Shown piece by piece: positions 46,282-56,161 of a stretch of DNA of 64,000 nt. This DNA comes from an uncultured Candidatus Peribacteria bacterium. GTDB taxonomy: Bacteria > Patescibacteriota > Gracilibacteria > Peribacterales > Peribacteraceae. The notes under the pieces are model-generated. The model was not told the DNA's origin and did no database searches. It was given only the letters and a program-made list of their open reading frames with translations. The position numbers and the translations under genes are program-made. The DNA lies in NCBI GenBank assembly GCA_964534565.1, contig CAZHON010000001.1:36152-100151 (forward strand). Direction: 5' to 3'. Positions within the stretch are counted from its first letter, which is position 1, and the number at the start of each line of letters is the position of its first letter.

Positions 46282-46399
46282 GTCCTGGTGCTACGAGCGG
46301 AGGGGTCACACCCGATCCCATATCGAACTCGGCAGTTAAGCCCTCCAGCGCCGATGGTAGTGGTCCATTTGGGCCGCAAGAGTAGGCCAGTGCCAGGAC
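46282..46399 (+). rRNA. rrf: 5S ribosomal RNA
   Basis: GTCCTGGTGCTACGAGCGGAGGGGTCACACCCGATCCCATATCGAACTCGGCAGTTAAGCCCTCCAGCGCCGATGGTAGT...CCAGTGCCAGGAC, with terminal helix GTCCTGG/CCAGGAC. Confidence 0.9.
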
Positions 46400-46444
46400 A
46401 GAGCAATCAATGACCTCGTCAAAGATGATCGTTGTGAACGATGT

Positions 46445-46468
46445 ACAACCTCAAAGAGAGGTTGTTTT
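46445..46468 (+). terminator. Intrinsic terminator after the 5S rRNA
   Basis: ACAACCTC-AAAGA-GAGGTTGT followed by TTT. Confidence 0.65.
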
Positions 46469-46790
46469 GTCGTACGTATCGTTTCGTTCTTATGCAGCTT
46501 GCTCAGGCTCCTGCTTCTTTTGAGAAGGTGTATTCACCCATTCTCTCAATCCCAATACTTCATGTGCATTATTCAAAAAATCACTGCTTACAACTCCGAT
46601 GGGTAAATGTGGCCTTTCAAGATCTCCTCGAGGCGCCGCTTCGCGTTGATTGAGTGATTCTGCTGACATGAGAATAATGGGAAGAATGGATATATGGTAG
46701 GACAGATTGAAACGAAAGAAAGGCTAAATGATGCGTTTTATAGCCTTTTTGACCATGGGTAAGGACAGTGAACAAGAGTAGAATCCCCGC

Positions 46791-47501
46791 ATGCTCGAGC
46801 GCATTCAAAAGATCCTGTCGGCCCGTGGCATTGCCAGTCGTCGCAAGGCAGAAGAGTACATTTTGGCTGGTCTCGTGAAGGTAAACGGCAAAGTGGCCGA
46901 ACTGGGGCAGAAGGCCGATGCGCAAACCGATACGATCGAAGTCGATGGCAAAGTAGTCCAAGACCGCCTCGAAATGCTCTACCTCCTGTACTACAAACCG
47001 GTGGGGGTTGTGACGAGCAATGCATCACTCGAGGGTCATCGCACACTGGCGACGGAATTGCCCGCAGAACTTTTGGGCAAAGTGTTTCCTGTCGGCCGAC
47101 TCGATAAAGACAGTGAGGGATTACTCCTTCTGACGAATGACGGACCGCTCACCCTGCGACTGACGCATCCTCGCTACGATCACGACAAAGAATACGAAGT
47201 GACGACCGTCGAGTCGCTCTACGACAGTCAGTTCAAAAAACTTGGCGAGAGCATGATCATTTTGGGAGACAAAACAAAACCCGTTCAATTGAAGAGAATG
47301 GGTCCCAATAAATTCCGCATCACCCTCACCGAAGGAAAGAACCGCCAGATCCGCCGCATGGTCGAAAAGGTCGGTGGAGAGGTTCTGACTCTCAAGCGTA
47401 TTCGTATCATGACGTTAATGGATATGTCTCTGAAGGCGGGTCAATTGAGGAAATTAACCGATCGCGAGACGAAGGAGATTTTGGCTTCTGTTGGGTTATA
47501 A
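46791..47501 (+). CDS. Pseudouridine synthase, RsuA/RluB family (S4 domain plus catalytic domain)
   Basis: RIQKILSARGIASRRKAEEYILAGLVKVNG is the S4 domain. PVGRLDKDSEGLLLLTNDG holds the catalytic Asp motif. KEYEV and GKNRQIRRM are also present. TAGAAT lies 6 nt upstream of the ATG. Confidence 0.85.
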   Translation: MLERIQKILSARGIASRRKAEEYILAGLVKVNGKVAELGQKADAQTDTIEVDGKVVQDRLEMLYLLYYKPVGVVTSNASLEGHRTLATELPAELLGKVFPVGRLDKDSEGLLLLTNDGPLTLRLTHPRYDHDKEYEVTTVESLYDSQFKKLGESMIILGDKTKPVQLKRMGPNKFRITLTEGKNRQIRRMVEKVGGEVLTLKRIRIMTLMDMSLKAGQLRKLTDRETKEILASVGL

Positions 47502-47551
47502 GCCTCTAGAAGACGGATTGACGAAATTCGCAGTGATTATACCATGGGTAT

Positions 47552-48052
47552 ATGGGTCTTCCTGTTTTGGCAAACGACTCAGTCGAAAGATCTCCTCAAG
47601 AGGAAGGAGTGTCTTCTTTGAAAGAGAGTACGCAAAAAATATTGCAGTGGAAAAATCGCTCTCGATTGTTTCGCGTGTTGCATGTTCGTCAGTATAAAAA
47701 AACGAAGCAAGCGCTTGCAAAAAAAGATGGAGAAGGCAAAAAATCCCCCGAACCTTTCCTGTCTGCGAGCAAAAAGAATGCGCAAAATAGACTGCATGAA
47801 TTTGAAAAAGTGGAAGGTGCCGACCCTCAAACATTGAAAGTTTTGCGAGAAATTGCAGATGAAATTCCTACAGATAATTCAGTGCCAGTGACGGAGTTGC
47901 GCGATCGTGCATGGGCTCGTGTCCGACTCCTTGCAAATGCAGACCCTGCAATTCTTGCTCTGCATGAAAGCATTGCGATGCTTCTTGATCACGAGTGTCA
48001 GGCTGCAACCAATGACTCCTCTCGCCGTACAAGCGAAAAACCGCTATACTAA
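47552..48052 (+). CDS. Hypothetical protein
   Basis: 166-aa ORF, charged. No family was recognised. Confidence 0.35.
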   Translation: MGLPVLANDSVERSPQEEGVSSLKESTQKILQWKNRSRLFRVLHVRQYKKTKQALAKKDGEGKKSPEPFLSASKKNAQNRLHEFEKVEGADPQTLKVLREIADEIPTDNSVPVTELRDRAWARVRLLANADPAILALHESIAMLLDHECQAATNDSSRRTSEKPLY

Positions 48053-48058
48053 GAGTAA

Positions 48059-49474
48059 ATGAAAATCATTCCACACGGAGCCGCACAAGAAGTGACAGGA
48101 ACCTGTCATGAAGTGCAATTTACGGGCCCCGATGGAAAAATGAGACGCGTTCTTTTTGATTGCGGACTCTTTCAAGGGCGCCGCGCGGAGACTGCGGTCA
48201 AAAACTCACAATTCACGTTCAACCCCGCCACCGATATCGATGCCGTAGTGCTCAGTCACGCACATGGCGATCACGCTGCGCGTATTCCACTTCTGTGGAA
48301 GAGGGGATACCGAAACAAGGTTCATTGCACACACGCAACAAAAGACCTTTCCGCAGTGATGCTCAGTGACAGCGGCTATGTGCAGGAAATGGATGAAGAA
48401 TTCTTCAAGAAGCACCTCGACAAAAGCATGATGAAGTCCGATGGACCGCTCTATACCCAACAGGACGCAATTGACTGTATGGTGCTGTTTAAGGGTCACA
48501 ATTACACCGAATGGATCGAGGTGGTTCCGGGCATGCGCGTGTATTTTTTGGAGGCCGGACACATCCTTGGAGCAGCGATGGTGCATATCGAAATTACGGA
48601 GAATGGAAAGACACGCTTCATTGGGTTCAGTGCCGACCTTGGTCGCAGCAATCTTCCGATCATTCGCGATCCTGCCAAGATGCCGCCGGTGGAACTTCTC
48701 ATCTGTGAAAGTACGTACGGCAATCGCCATCACACACCGATCAATTTGGCTCGGGAACAGCTTAAACTAGCCGTTTTAGAGACTGCGCAGCGCGGAGGAA
48801 AATTGATCATTCCGGCATTCTCCCTCGAGCGCACACAGGAAATTGTCTACGACCTCCACGTGCTTTGGGACACGAAAGAAATTCCTGCAATCCCGATCAT
48901 CATCGACTCTCCGTTGGCATCGCGCGTGACCGAAGTCTTCATGAAACATCCGGAGTGCTATGACCAAACAATGTTCGAGGATTTCCTCAGTCGCCAACAC
49001 AATCCGTTCCAGTTCTCCCTCGTGCGATACACGGAATCTGTTGAAGAAAGCAAAGCGCTCAACGGAACGCCGGGTCCGATGGTGATCATGGCGGGGTCCG
49101 GCATGTGCGAAGCCGGTCGTATTCGCCATCACTTGGCAAATGAATTGGAAGACGAGCGCAACACCGTGCTCGCGGTGGGGTACATGGCCGAAAGCACTCT
49201 GGGTGCCAAAGTCGTTGATCCAATCGTGACGGAAGTGAAGATCTTCGATCGTATGTACCGCAAGCGTGCCAAAATCGTCTCCGTCGATGCCTACTCGGGT
49301 CATGCGGATTGCGACGATTTGGATAAGTACGTTGGTGCTGTCCAAGGAGTGAAGACGATTGTGCTTGTCCATGGAGATATCCTTCAAATGCAGCCATTTG
49401 CAGAGCGTATTACCAAGAATATCCCCGGATGTTCGGTTCTTATGCCAAAGCGAGAAGATGTGATTGAGATTTAG
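48059..49474 (+). CDS. MBL-fold beta-CASP ribonuclease (RNA-metabolising metallo-beta-lactamase)
   Basis: LFDCGLFQG, LSHAHGDHAARIP (HxHxDH), a beta-CASP region and a C-terminal YSGHAD...VHGD. TATACT lies 8 nt upstream of the ATG. Confidence 0.8.
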   Translation: MKIIPHGAAQEVTGTCHEVQFTGPDGKMRRVLFDCGLFQGRRAETAVKNSQFTFNPATDIDAVVLSHAHGDHAARIPLLWKRGYRNKVHCTHATKDLSAVMLSDSGYVQEMDEEFFKKHLDKSMMKSDGPLYTQQDAIDCMVLFKGHNYTEWIEVVPGMRVYFLEAGHILGAAMVHIEITENGKTRFIGFSADLGRSNLPIIRDPAKMPPVELLICESTYGNRHHTPINLAREQLKLAVLETAQRGGKLIIPAFSLERTQEIVYDLHVLWDTKEIPAIPIIIDSPLASRVTEVFMKHPECYDQTMFEDFLSRQHNPFQFSLVRYTESVEESKALNGTPGPMVIMAGSGMCEAGRIRHHLANELEDERNTVLAVGYMAESTLGAKVVDPIVTEVKIFDRMYRKRAKIVSVDAYSGHADCDDLDKYVGAVQGVKTIVLVHGDILQMQPFAERITKNIPGCSVLMPKREDVIEI

Positions 49475-49530
49475 TGATCAATTTATTTAGATGGCCTGTA
49501 AAAGCCAAAAAATATGAATACATTTTTTGT

Positions 49531-49558
49531 TTGACAAGTTTAGTTGTGTCGATAGTAT
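49531..49558 (+). promoter_or_regulatory. Sigma-70-type promoter TTGACA-16-TAGTAT
   Basis: TTGACA is at 49531-49536 and TAGTAT at 49553-49558. The first ATG downstream is at 49588. Confidence 0.55.
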
Positions 49559-49587
49559 GGGCGCTCCGTATTTTTCACCCATACCGT

Positions 49588-49953
49588 ATGTCATCAGACG
49601 TCCAAAGCGCCGATTTCGTATCTTCTGCCATCTTTACACAAGATGAAGGAGTAGAAACCGTAGAAAATAGTGATTCTATCTTTAAGGAAGGAACTCATTT
49701 GGCTCAGTTTACAGTTTCAACAATGTCCGGGGATCAACGTGAGCGCATCGAAGAGATTGTTCTTACTCGTGGAAATCACGTTCGACATGGCGAAACAGTT
49801 GGTTTAGTTGAAACAGGCGAGCATATCGTTATCAATCAGCGTTTCCATGTCCTGCACTCCGTCCAGGCGCTTATTGCACAATTAAAGGCAGCAAGCATTC
49901 CAACAGAGCTCAAGATTACATGGGATGACGACGTTACTGCGCCAAAAGCTTAA
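49588..49953 (+). CDS. Hypothetical protein (121 aa)
   Basis: ORF 49474-49953 is trimmed to the first ATG after the internal promoter. Confidence 0.4.
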   Translation: MSSDVQSADFVSSAIFTQDEGVETVENSDSIFKEGTHLAQFTVSTMSGDQRERIEEIVLTRGNHVRHGETVGLVETGEHIVINQRFHVLHSVQALIAQLKAASIPTELKITWDDDVTAPKA

Positions 49954-52082
49954 AGTCCCAATTCCTTTGCGACGGTCTTCATCGCATTCAACGTAATGTC
50001 GATGAATTCGTCGAGGGTGATTCCCAAAAGCTCATCGCATCGGTTGATTTGGGATCGATCGACTTGAGCAGCAAAGCCTTTGTCCTTTAGCTTCTTTTTT
50101 ACAGAACTCACCTCCACATCGGCGATCTGTTTGCTTGGGCGCACTTTGGTGACGGCAATAATGAAGCCGGTCAGTTCATCGACACAGTAGAGCGACTTCC
50201 TCAGCATTGTATCAAGTGGGTAGTCGGCACCGTACTTGGCGGCATAGTGCGCACGGATATCTCCCAACAATTCTTCAGGCGCTTTGATGGTCGCGAGCAA
50301 CTGTTCCAGCGTGTTACCACAGTGAGCTTCTGCATCCTTTGCCAAGGAATCCCAGTCCAAATCGTGGAGCATGCCGGCAACCTTCCAGGTCTGGGCATCG
50401 CCCCCGAACTTCTTTGCCAGCGCCTCCATCGCGGCCCCCGTGGCGATCAGGTGGGCAGTCGTTTCGTTCGTGTGATCGGACACCAGTTGATGAGCAGCAG
50501 GAAGCAGGTGACCGTACTCCACATTCTGCAGAAGCATCTCGTGTGGAGCGGGCAATTCATGCGCACCTTTGTCTGCGGGGAGCTTCTTGGGAGTTGTTTT
50601 TGCTGCCTTGGACGATCCTGTCTGTTCCGGTTTCATAATCGGGAACAGCACAACATCGCGCAGGTTTTCTTGAGCTGTCAGAAGGGTGACGATGCGGTCG
50701 ATTCCCATGCCCCAACCGGAGCAGGGAGGACAGCCATAACTGAGCGCTTCCACAAACTCATCATCCTTGCCGTGGGCGTCGGCATCTCCTCCTTTTTTGG
50801 CTTCAGCTTGGGCTCCAAAGCGTTCTGCTTGGTCGACTGGATCAACCAATTCGCTGTAGGCATTCACAATTTCCCATCCTCCGACCACAAGCTGGAATCG
50901 GTCTGTGATTGCAGGATTTTCGTCGTTTCGGCGTGCAAGAGGGGACAGATCGAGAGGGTGCTTGGTGACGAATGTTGGGTGGATGATTTTGGGGCGGCTG
51001 ACCTTCTTGTAGAGCTGGTCGATCAGGTTGCCACGACCCAGCTTGGACACGTCGACTTCCAGCTTAATGCCTTTCGACTTTATGGCTTCACGCAGGGCTC
51101 CAGCAGAATCGCAAGTATCGATATCAATGCCAGAATCGCTCATGATCAGGTCCCGCATGGAGACCCGGGGCCACTCTTTTGCGAAACTCACCTCCTGCAA
51201 ATTCCCATCTCGATCGGGGATCTTCATCGTGCCCGACATTCCGGGGACCGTCTGCTGCATGGAACGGAACATTTGCTCCGTGAATTCCATGTTTTTCTCG
51301 TAATCCCAGTAGGCGGCATAGTGCTCGCACATCGTGAATTCCTGCAGGTGACTGGGGTCCATTCCTTCATTGCGGAACACAGGACCAATACTGAAGGTAC
51401 GGTCGAATCCTCCCACCAAACATTCCTTCTGATGTGTCTCGAGAGCGATTCTCAAAAATACATCCAAATCGAGCGCTTCGTGGTGGGTTGTGAATGGTGT
51501 TGCAAGCGCTCCGGAAGCGGAGTTTACGAGCACCGGCAAATCCACTTCCGTAAAATCATTGCCCCAGTAGAACTGGCGCATGGCGCGGATGAAATTGCTG
51601 CGGAAGAGGAAACGATCGAAGCTGTCACGATTGCTCATCGTGTCGAGATATCGCTGTCGATAAATCGTTTCGCGATCGACTACTCCATGCCATTTTTCCG
51701 GTGGCTGACTCAATGACTTCGAGAGCATCTGCCAACGTACGACTTCAACCGTCGGTTCACCTGTTTTTGTCGTGATGCGCTTTCCTTCGACTCCAATGAA
51801 GTCGCCAAGATCGAGGAGCTTACTCGCATTTTTATACGCCTCATCTCCCACCAATTCCTGACGGATTAAAATCTGCAAACGACCCGTGTGGTCCTGCAGT
51901 GTCGCAAATGTCATTTTGCCCATATCGCGCCACAGAACGATGCGTCCGGCGATTTTGAGCGCAGTACCTTCTTTCGATTCGTGACCATCTTTGCACACGT
52001 GACTGCGATCGAATTTTGCAGCATACGGTGTGATGCCGCGCTTGCGCAGTTCTTCTAATTTTTGAAGGCGAATGGGTTCCAT
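49950..52082 (-). CDS. lysS: Lysyl-tRNA synthetase (class II) fused to a C-terminal HD-domain hydrolase (COG2316-like)
   Basis: The N-terminal ~500 aa form an OB anticodon-binding domain plus class II motifs (FRNEGMD..H..EF, GWGMGIDR). A Lys/Pro linker follows. The C-terminal ~185 aa carry GMLHDLDWD, YCVDELTGFIIA and SVKKKLKDKGFAA, as in stand-alone HD proteins. Confidence 0.9.
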   Translation of the reverse strand: MEPIRLQKLEELRKRGITPYAAKFDRSHVCKDGHESKEGTALKIAGRIVLWRDMGKMTFATLQDHTGRLQILIRQELVGDEAYKNASKLLDLGDFIGVEGKRITTKTGEPTVEVVRWQMLSKSLSQPPEKWHGVVDRETIYRQRYLDTMSNRDSFDRFLFRSNFIRAMRQFYWGNDFTEVDLPVLVNSASGALATPFTTHHEALDLDVFLRIALETHQKECLVGGFDRTFSIGPVFRNEGMDPSHLQEFTMCEHYAAYWDYEKNMEFTEQMFRSMQQTVPGMSGTMKIPDRDGNLQEVSFAKEWPRVSMRDLIMSDSGIDIDTCDSAGALREAIKSKGIKLEVDVSKLGRGNLIDQLYKKVSRPKIIHPTFVTKHPLDLSPLARRNDENPAITDRFQLVVGGWEIVNAYSELVDPVDQAERFGAQAEAKKGGDADAHGKDDEFVEALSYGCPPCSGWGMGIDRIVTLLTAQENLRDVVLFPIMKPEQTGSSKAAKTTPKKLPADKGAHELPAPHEMLLQNVEYGHLLPAAHQLVSDHTNETTAHLIATGAAMEALAKKFGGDAQTWKVAGMLHDLDWDSLAKDAEAHCGNTLEQLLATIKAPEELLGDIRAHYAAKYGADYPLDTMLRKSLYCVDELTGFIIAVTKVRPSKQIADVEVSSVKKKLKDKGFAAQVDRSQINRCDELLGITLDEFIDITLNAMKTVAKELGL

Positions 52083-52183
52083 CGCTCGAAAGAATATAGG
52101 TTCAGCAGTTTGAACGCTACCTGCTGGGCAAAATTGACGTCCAATAGTAAATTGGTTATTTTATATTTTGTCGTTCTTCGACA

Positions 52184-52516
52184 GTGTCGGTTCAGGAACA
52201 ATCTCTTGAAAGGGAATATATGCAGGAAATGTATCGAATCCGTTGGAAAAAGAACGCGCTCATCGGTGTGGGTTTTCTTACAGGGCTCGCCGTTATTGCA
52301 GCGATTGGGTGGATCATTCTTCCCTACGCATGCAGCTACGGCTTGATCCTGCCGACAAAGGAAAACTATTTCCGAATATGTGTATTCACCATCGCGGTGC
52401 CTCCATTTCTTCTCGTTCAGCAGGAGTACAAGTGGTTCGCCGTCGGCTTGATGGCAGGATTGTCGATCGCTATTCCGATTATGGGTATTTTTCTTCTTCG
52501 GATAGAACTCACCTGA
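52184..52516 (+). CDS. Hypothetical small membrane protein
   Basis: 110-aa ORF with a GTG start in the track; ATG 52220 is an alternative. It has three hydrophobic helices. Confidence 0.4.
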   Translation: MSVQEQSLEREYMQEMYRIRWKKNALIGVGFLTGLAVIAAIGWIILPYACSYGLILPTKENYFRICVFTIAVPPFLLVQQEYKWFAVGLMAGLSIAIPIMGIFLLRIELT

Positions 52517-52547
52517 ACCGACGGTCATCTTCGGATGGCAACAACAA

Positions 52548-52578
52548 CCGCCCGCCCCGCACTTTGTGGGGCAGGTGG
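52548..52578 (+). terminator. GC-rich hairpin terminator candidate
   Basis: CCGCCCGCCCCGCA-CTT-TGTGGGGCAGGTGG, with G:U pairs, followed by TTTGTCGCGCCTTTTT. Confidence 0.4.
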
Positions 52579-52860
52579 TTTGTCGCGCCTTTTTGGATGG
52601 CGACTTCCTTATATATAGCAATCCTGGAGGGTCACTTGAAACGGGGGGAGGGGAACTCCCTCAAGGCCCCCAAATGCTTTCAGTACTTTTCATGCAGATT
52701 TTCCTTGACGGTATCGTTTCTAATCCTTAAAGTCCCCCAGCTCACGACCAATTCCTTGGTCAGTGATCGACTTGTGTTCAAGCGGGACGTCCCTAGGGAC
52801 CAATCCAGCCAGAGGAACCGACAAGTCACTTACGAGCACTTGCTCACGCTTCTCACTCTT

Positions 52861-53463
52861 ATGCCTGGTCTTATCGCCAAGAAAGTCGGTATGTCTCGCG
52901 TCTTCCTGCCAACAGGGGAGACGGTTCCAGTGACGTACTTGGAAGTGGAACCAAACACAGTCGTTCGCGTGAAGACAACGGAGAAGGACGGTTACAACGC
53001 AATCGTTTTGGGTGTCGGTGCCAAGCAATGGCGCACACGCAAGGGAACGGAACTCACTCGCTACGCAAAGCAGAAGGAATGGAGTGTTGAGAACTTGGAC
53101 GGAATGGAAGCAGGAAAGTCTCTGACAGTTGATCTTTTGCCGGTCGAAAGCATGGTGACTGTGATCGGTATCACGAAAGGAAAAGGATTCCAGGGAGTTG
53201 TCCGTCGTCACGGATTCGGAGGAGGACCTGGCTCACACGGATCTCACTTCAAGCGCGAACCAGGTTCGATCGGTATGCGTGCCGACCCAGGACGCGTGTT
53301 TAAGGGCCACCCAATGGCCGGACACATGGGAGTCGATCAGCTCACGATCAAGCATCGTGCGGTGATGGTCTCCGATGCAGCCAAGGGAATCATTGCGATC
53401 AAGGGACCAGTCCCTGGAGCAAACGGTTCTCATGTCTACCTTACCCTCGAATCCACAAAGTAA
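52861..53463 (+). CDS. rplC: 50S ribosomal protein L3
   Basis: MPGLIAKKVGMSRVF....GKGFQGVVRRHGFGGGPGSHGS. ORF 52243-53463 is trimmed to this Met. Confidence 0.9.
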   Translation: MPGLIAKKVGMSRVFLPTGETVPVTYLEVEPNTVVRVKTTEKDGYNAIVLGVGAKQWRTRKGTELTRYAKQKEWSVENLDGMEAGKSLTVDLLPVESMVTVIGITKGKGFQGVVRRHGFGGGPGSHGSHFKREPGSIGMRADPGRVFKGHPMAGHMGVDQLTIKHRAVMVSDAAKGIIAIKGPVPGANGSHVYLTLESTK

Positions 53464-53473
53464 TCCCTCTCTT

Positions 53474-54187
53474 ATGACGATTGATGTCTTCACCAAAACC
53501 GGCACCAAGTCAGGGACGATGAGTCTCCCAGAAACGCTGTTCGCAGCGCCAATCCATCACGGACTCATCCAGCAGGCTGTGTTGCTCCAACAGGGCAACG
53601 CAAAGCAGAACGTCGCGCACGTCAAAACACGCAGCGAAGTTCGTGGTTCCACACGCAAGCTCTACATGCAGAAGCACACAGGTCGCGCTCGTCGCGGTTC
53701 TGTTCGCAGCCCAGTGCTCCGCGGAGGAGGAAAGGCCTTCGGTCCACGCAATCTCCGCACATTCGAACGCGAAATGCCAAAGGCGATGCGCCATGCAGCT
53801 CTCCGCGCTTGTCTGACCCTTCAGGCAAACAAGAAGATCATCATGGGTCTCGAAGGATTCAACGACGATATCAAGACGAAGGCAGCACACACGATGCTTG
53901 AGAAGATGTCTGTGAACATCGGCCGCCCAGTTCTGATTGTGACATCCGAGAAGAACGCATCACTCACGAAGTCGACGCGCAACATCCCGGGTGTGAAAAC
54001 TCTCCTCGCTTCCTACTTGAACCCCATCGACGTTCTCGGTGCACATCACATCATCTTTGTGACCGGTGCAGTCGAGCGCGCAGTCGAGGTGTTCGCAAAG
54101 AAGTCTGTTCTCGCTGAGGACGGAGAGCCAAAGCCAAAGGCTGCAAAGAAGCCAGCCGCAAAGAAGTCTTCCCCAAAGAATTCCTAA
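53474..54187 (+). CDS. rplD: 50S ribosomal protein L4
   Basis: KTRSEVRGSTRKLYMQKHTGRARRGSVRSPVLRGGGKAFGP. Confidence 0.9.
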   Translation: MTIDVFTKTGTKSGTMSLPETLFAAPIHHGLIQQAVLLQQGNAKQNVAHVKTRSEVRGSTRKLYMQKHTGRARRGSVRSPVLRGGGKAFGPRNLRTFEREMPKAMRHAALRACLTLQANKKIIMGLEGFNDDIKTKAAHTMLEKMSVNIGRPVLIVTSEKNASLTKSTRNIPGVKTLLASYLNPIDVLGAHHIIFVTGAVERAVEVFAKKSVLAEDGEPKPKAAKKPAAKKSSPKNS

Positions 54188-54193
54188 TCTCTC

Positions 54194-54496
54194 ATGCAAC
54201 TCACATCCGTTATCGTCGGCCCCGTTGTCACTGAGAAGGCAGAGATTGGCAAGGCAACTGCACGCACCTACACGCTGCACGTTCGCCCAGAGGCCACCAA
54301 GATTGATCTTAAGAATGCACTCCAGAAACTCTACGGAGTGGAGACAGCGTCCATCCGCGTGATGCGGGTCATTGCAAAGTCTCGCGCAGTCGGCGCAGGC
54401 AAAGTGGTGACGAAGCGCAAGCGCGCAAAGAAAATGATTGTGACGCTCACTCCAAAGAGCCCAACACTTGATCTTACCCAAGTTAAAACCGCCTAA
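54194..54496 (+). CDS. rplW: 50S ribosomal protein L23
   Basis: VIVGPVVTEKA....YTLHVRPEATKIDLKNALQKLYGV. Confidence 0.9.
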   Translation: MQLTSVIVGPVVTEKAEIGKATARTYTLHVRPEATKIDLKNALQKLYGVETASIRVMRVIAKSRAVGAGKVVTKRKRAKKMIVTLTPKSPTLDLTQVKTA

Positions 54497-54498
54497 TT

Positions 54499-55341
54499 AT
54501 GACGCTCAAGCAGATGAAACCAACGACTCCCGGACGCCGCACCATGACGGTGGCGGACTTCGGGGAGATCACACGCACGGAGCCTCTCAAGAGTCTTACG
54601 GAAGGAAAGCAGCGCAGCTCCGGTCGTGACAACAAGGGTCGCATCACGAGCCGCCGCCGCGGTGGTGGACACAAGAAGCTCTATCGCATCATCGACTTCA
54701 AGCAGACAGACAAGGCAGGAATCCCTGCAACGATCATGTCCATTGAATACGATCCAAACCGCTCCGCACGCATTGCGCTTGTGCACTACGTCGACGGAGA
54801 GCGCCGCTACATCTTGGCTCCACAGGGTCTTGCAGTAGGGGAGCAGGTTGTCGCCGGTGAGCGCACGAAGGTGAAGGTCGGAAACCGCATGCACCTCGAG
54901 AACATCCCCGTGGGATACAAGGTCTGCAACATTGAAATGCATCCAGGACGCGGCGGACAGATCGTTCGCTCCGCAGGAACATCCGCAACACTCGTCGGTA
55001 TCGACGGTGACCACGCGTTGATCGAATTGCCGTCCGGAGAAATGCGCAAGATCCGCAAGCAGTGCGCAGCAACAATCGGAACCCTCTCAAACGGTGAGCA
55101 CAACCTCATCAACATCGGAAAAGCAGGTCGCTTGCGTTGGATGGGTCGCCGCCCAGAAGTGCTTGGTAAGTCTATGAACGCGGTGGATCACCCACACGGA
55201 GGAGGAGAAGGTCACAACTCTATCGGTCTCAAGGCTCCAAAGACTCCATGGGGCAAGAAGGCACTCGGTGTCAAAACGCGTCTCAAGCGAAAGTCTTCGC
55301 ACCTCATTATCCGCCGCCGACCTTCCCGCAAGAAGAAGTAA
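54499..55341 (+). CDS. rplB: 50S ribosomal protein L2
   Basis: [26 protein letters not shown] ... HPHGGGEG. Confidence 0.95.
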   Translation: MTLKQMKPTTPGRRTMTVADFGEITRTEPLKSLTEGKQRSSGRDNKGRITSRRRGGGHKKLYRIIDFKQTDKAGIPATIMSIEYDPNRSARIALVHYVDGERRYILAPQGLAVGEQVVAGERTKVKVGNRMHLENIPVGYKVCNIEMHPGRGGQIVRSAGTSATLVGIDGDHALIELPSGEMRKIRKQCAATIGTLSNGEHNLINIGKAGRLRWMGRRPEVLGKSMNAVDHPHGGGEGHNSIGLKAPKTPWGKKALGVKTRLKRKSSHLIIRRRPSRKKK

Positions 55342-55384
55342 ACCACTCCCCTTACAACTCACGATTCTCTTTTTTCTCCCCCTT

Positions 55385-55702
55385 ATGTCTCGCTCGCTCA
55401 AAAAAGGCCCTTACATCGATGCAAATCTCCTGAAGAAGGTGATGGGCATGGTCGAGCGTAGCGAAAAGAAGATCATCAAGACCTGGGCTCGCGACAGCGA
55501 TATCCCACCGGAGTTCGTCGGATTCACCTTCGCAGTTCACAACGGGAAAGAATTCACTCCTGTCTACGTGACAGAACAGATGGTCGGTCACAAACTCGGT
55601 GAATTCTCCTGGACAACGAAATTCAAGAACCACGGCGGAAAGATGGCCGATGCCAAGGAAGCAAACGCCGCTCCTGCTCCTGCTGCCGCTCCCAAGAAAT
55701 AA
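55385..55702 (+). CDS. rpsS: 30S ribosomal protein S19 (with a short Ala/Pro-rich C-terminal tail)
   Basis: [19 protein letters not shown]...[26 protein letters not shown]. Confidence 0.9.
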   Translation: MSRSLKKGPYIDANLLKKVMGMVERSEKKIIKTWARDSDIPPEFVGFTFAVHNGKEFTPVYVTEQMVGHKLGEFSWTTKFKNHGGKMADAKEANAAPAPAAAPKK

Positions 55703-55721
55703 CCTCTAGCCTCCAACTCTT

Positions 55722-56159
55722 ATGAAAGCTTATCTCCACTCAGCGCGCATTGCTCCAAAGAAGGCGAACTTGATCGCCATGCTGGTGCGTGGCATGCCCG
55801 TGGAAGGCGCAGTGTCTCTCCTCGAGCGCACACATAAGAAGGGTGCTCGCCTCGTCGAGAAGCTCGTGAAGTCTGCAGTTGCAAACGCTTCCCACAACGA
55901 CAAACAAGATGTGTCCCAGCTCTACGTGAAGACGATCGTCGTCAACCAGGGCACAGGACTCCAGCGCGGAGTACCGATGGCACGCGGTCGTATGCGCCCA
56001 ATGACGAAGTTCATGAGTCACATCACGGTGGAATTGGGAGTTCGCACACCAGGCAGCGAAAAGGCTTCCAAAAGCGCCAAAGCATCAGTAGTATCCAGGC
56101 CCGCAAAGAAGGCGGCTGCCAAGAAAACTTCCTCCGAATCTTCCTCACATTCTTCCTAA
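55722..56159 (+). CDS. rplV: 50S ribosomal protein L22
   Basis: ARIAPKKANLIAMLVRGMPVEGAVSLL...RGRMRPMTKFMSHITVEL. Confidence 0.9.
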   Translation: MKAYLHSARIAPKKANLIAMLVRGMPVEGAVSLLERTHKKGARLVEKLVKSAVANASHNDKQDVSQLYVKTIVVNQGTGLQRGVPMARGRMRPMTKFMSHITVELGVRTPGSEKASKSAKASVVSRPAKKAAAKKTSSESSSHSS

Positions 56160-56161
56160 CT

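Noticed and set aside
46441-46961. ORFs 46441-46653 (+), 46617-46961 (-) and 46738-47046 (-) after the 5S rRNA.
   Set aside because: They are short, overlap the rRNA terminator or the pseudouridine synthase gene, and have no start signals or recognisable domains.
52243-52860. A 206-codon N-terminal extension of the L3 ORF (track entry 52243-53463).
   Set aside because: The extension overlaps another ORF, a terminator hairpin and promoter-like elements. L3 homology begins exactly at MPGLIAKKVGM (52861).
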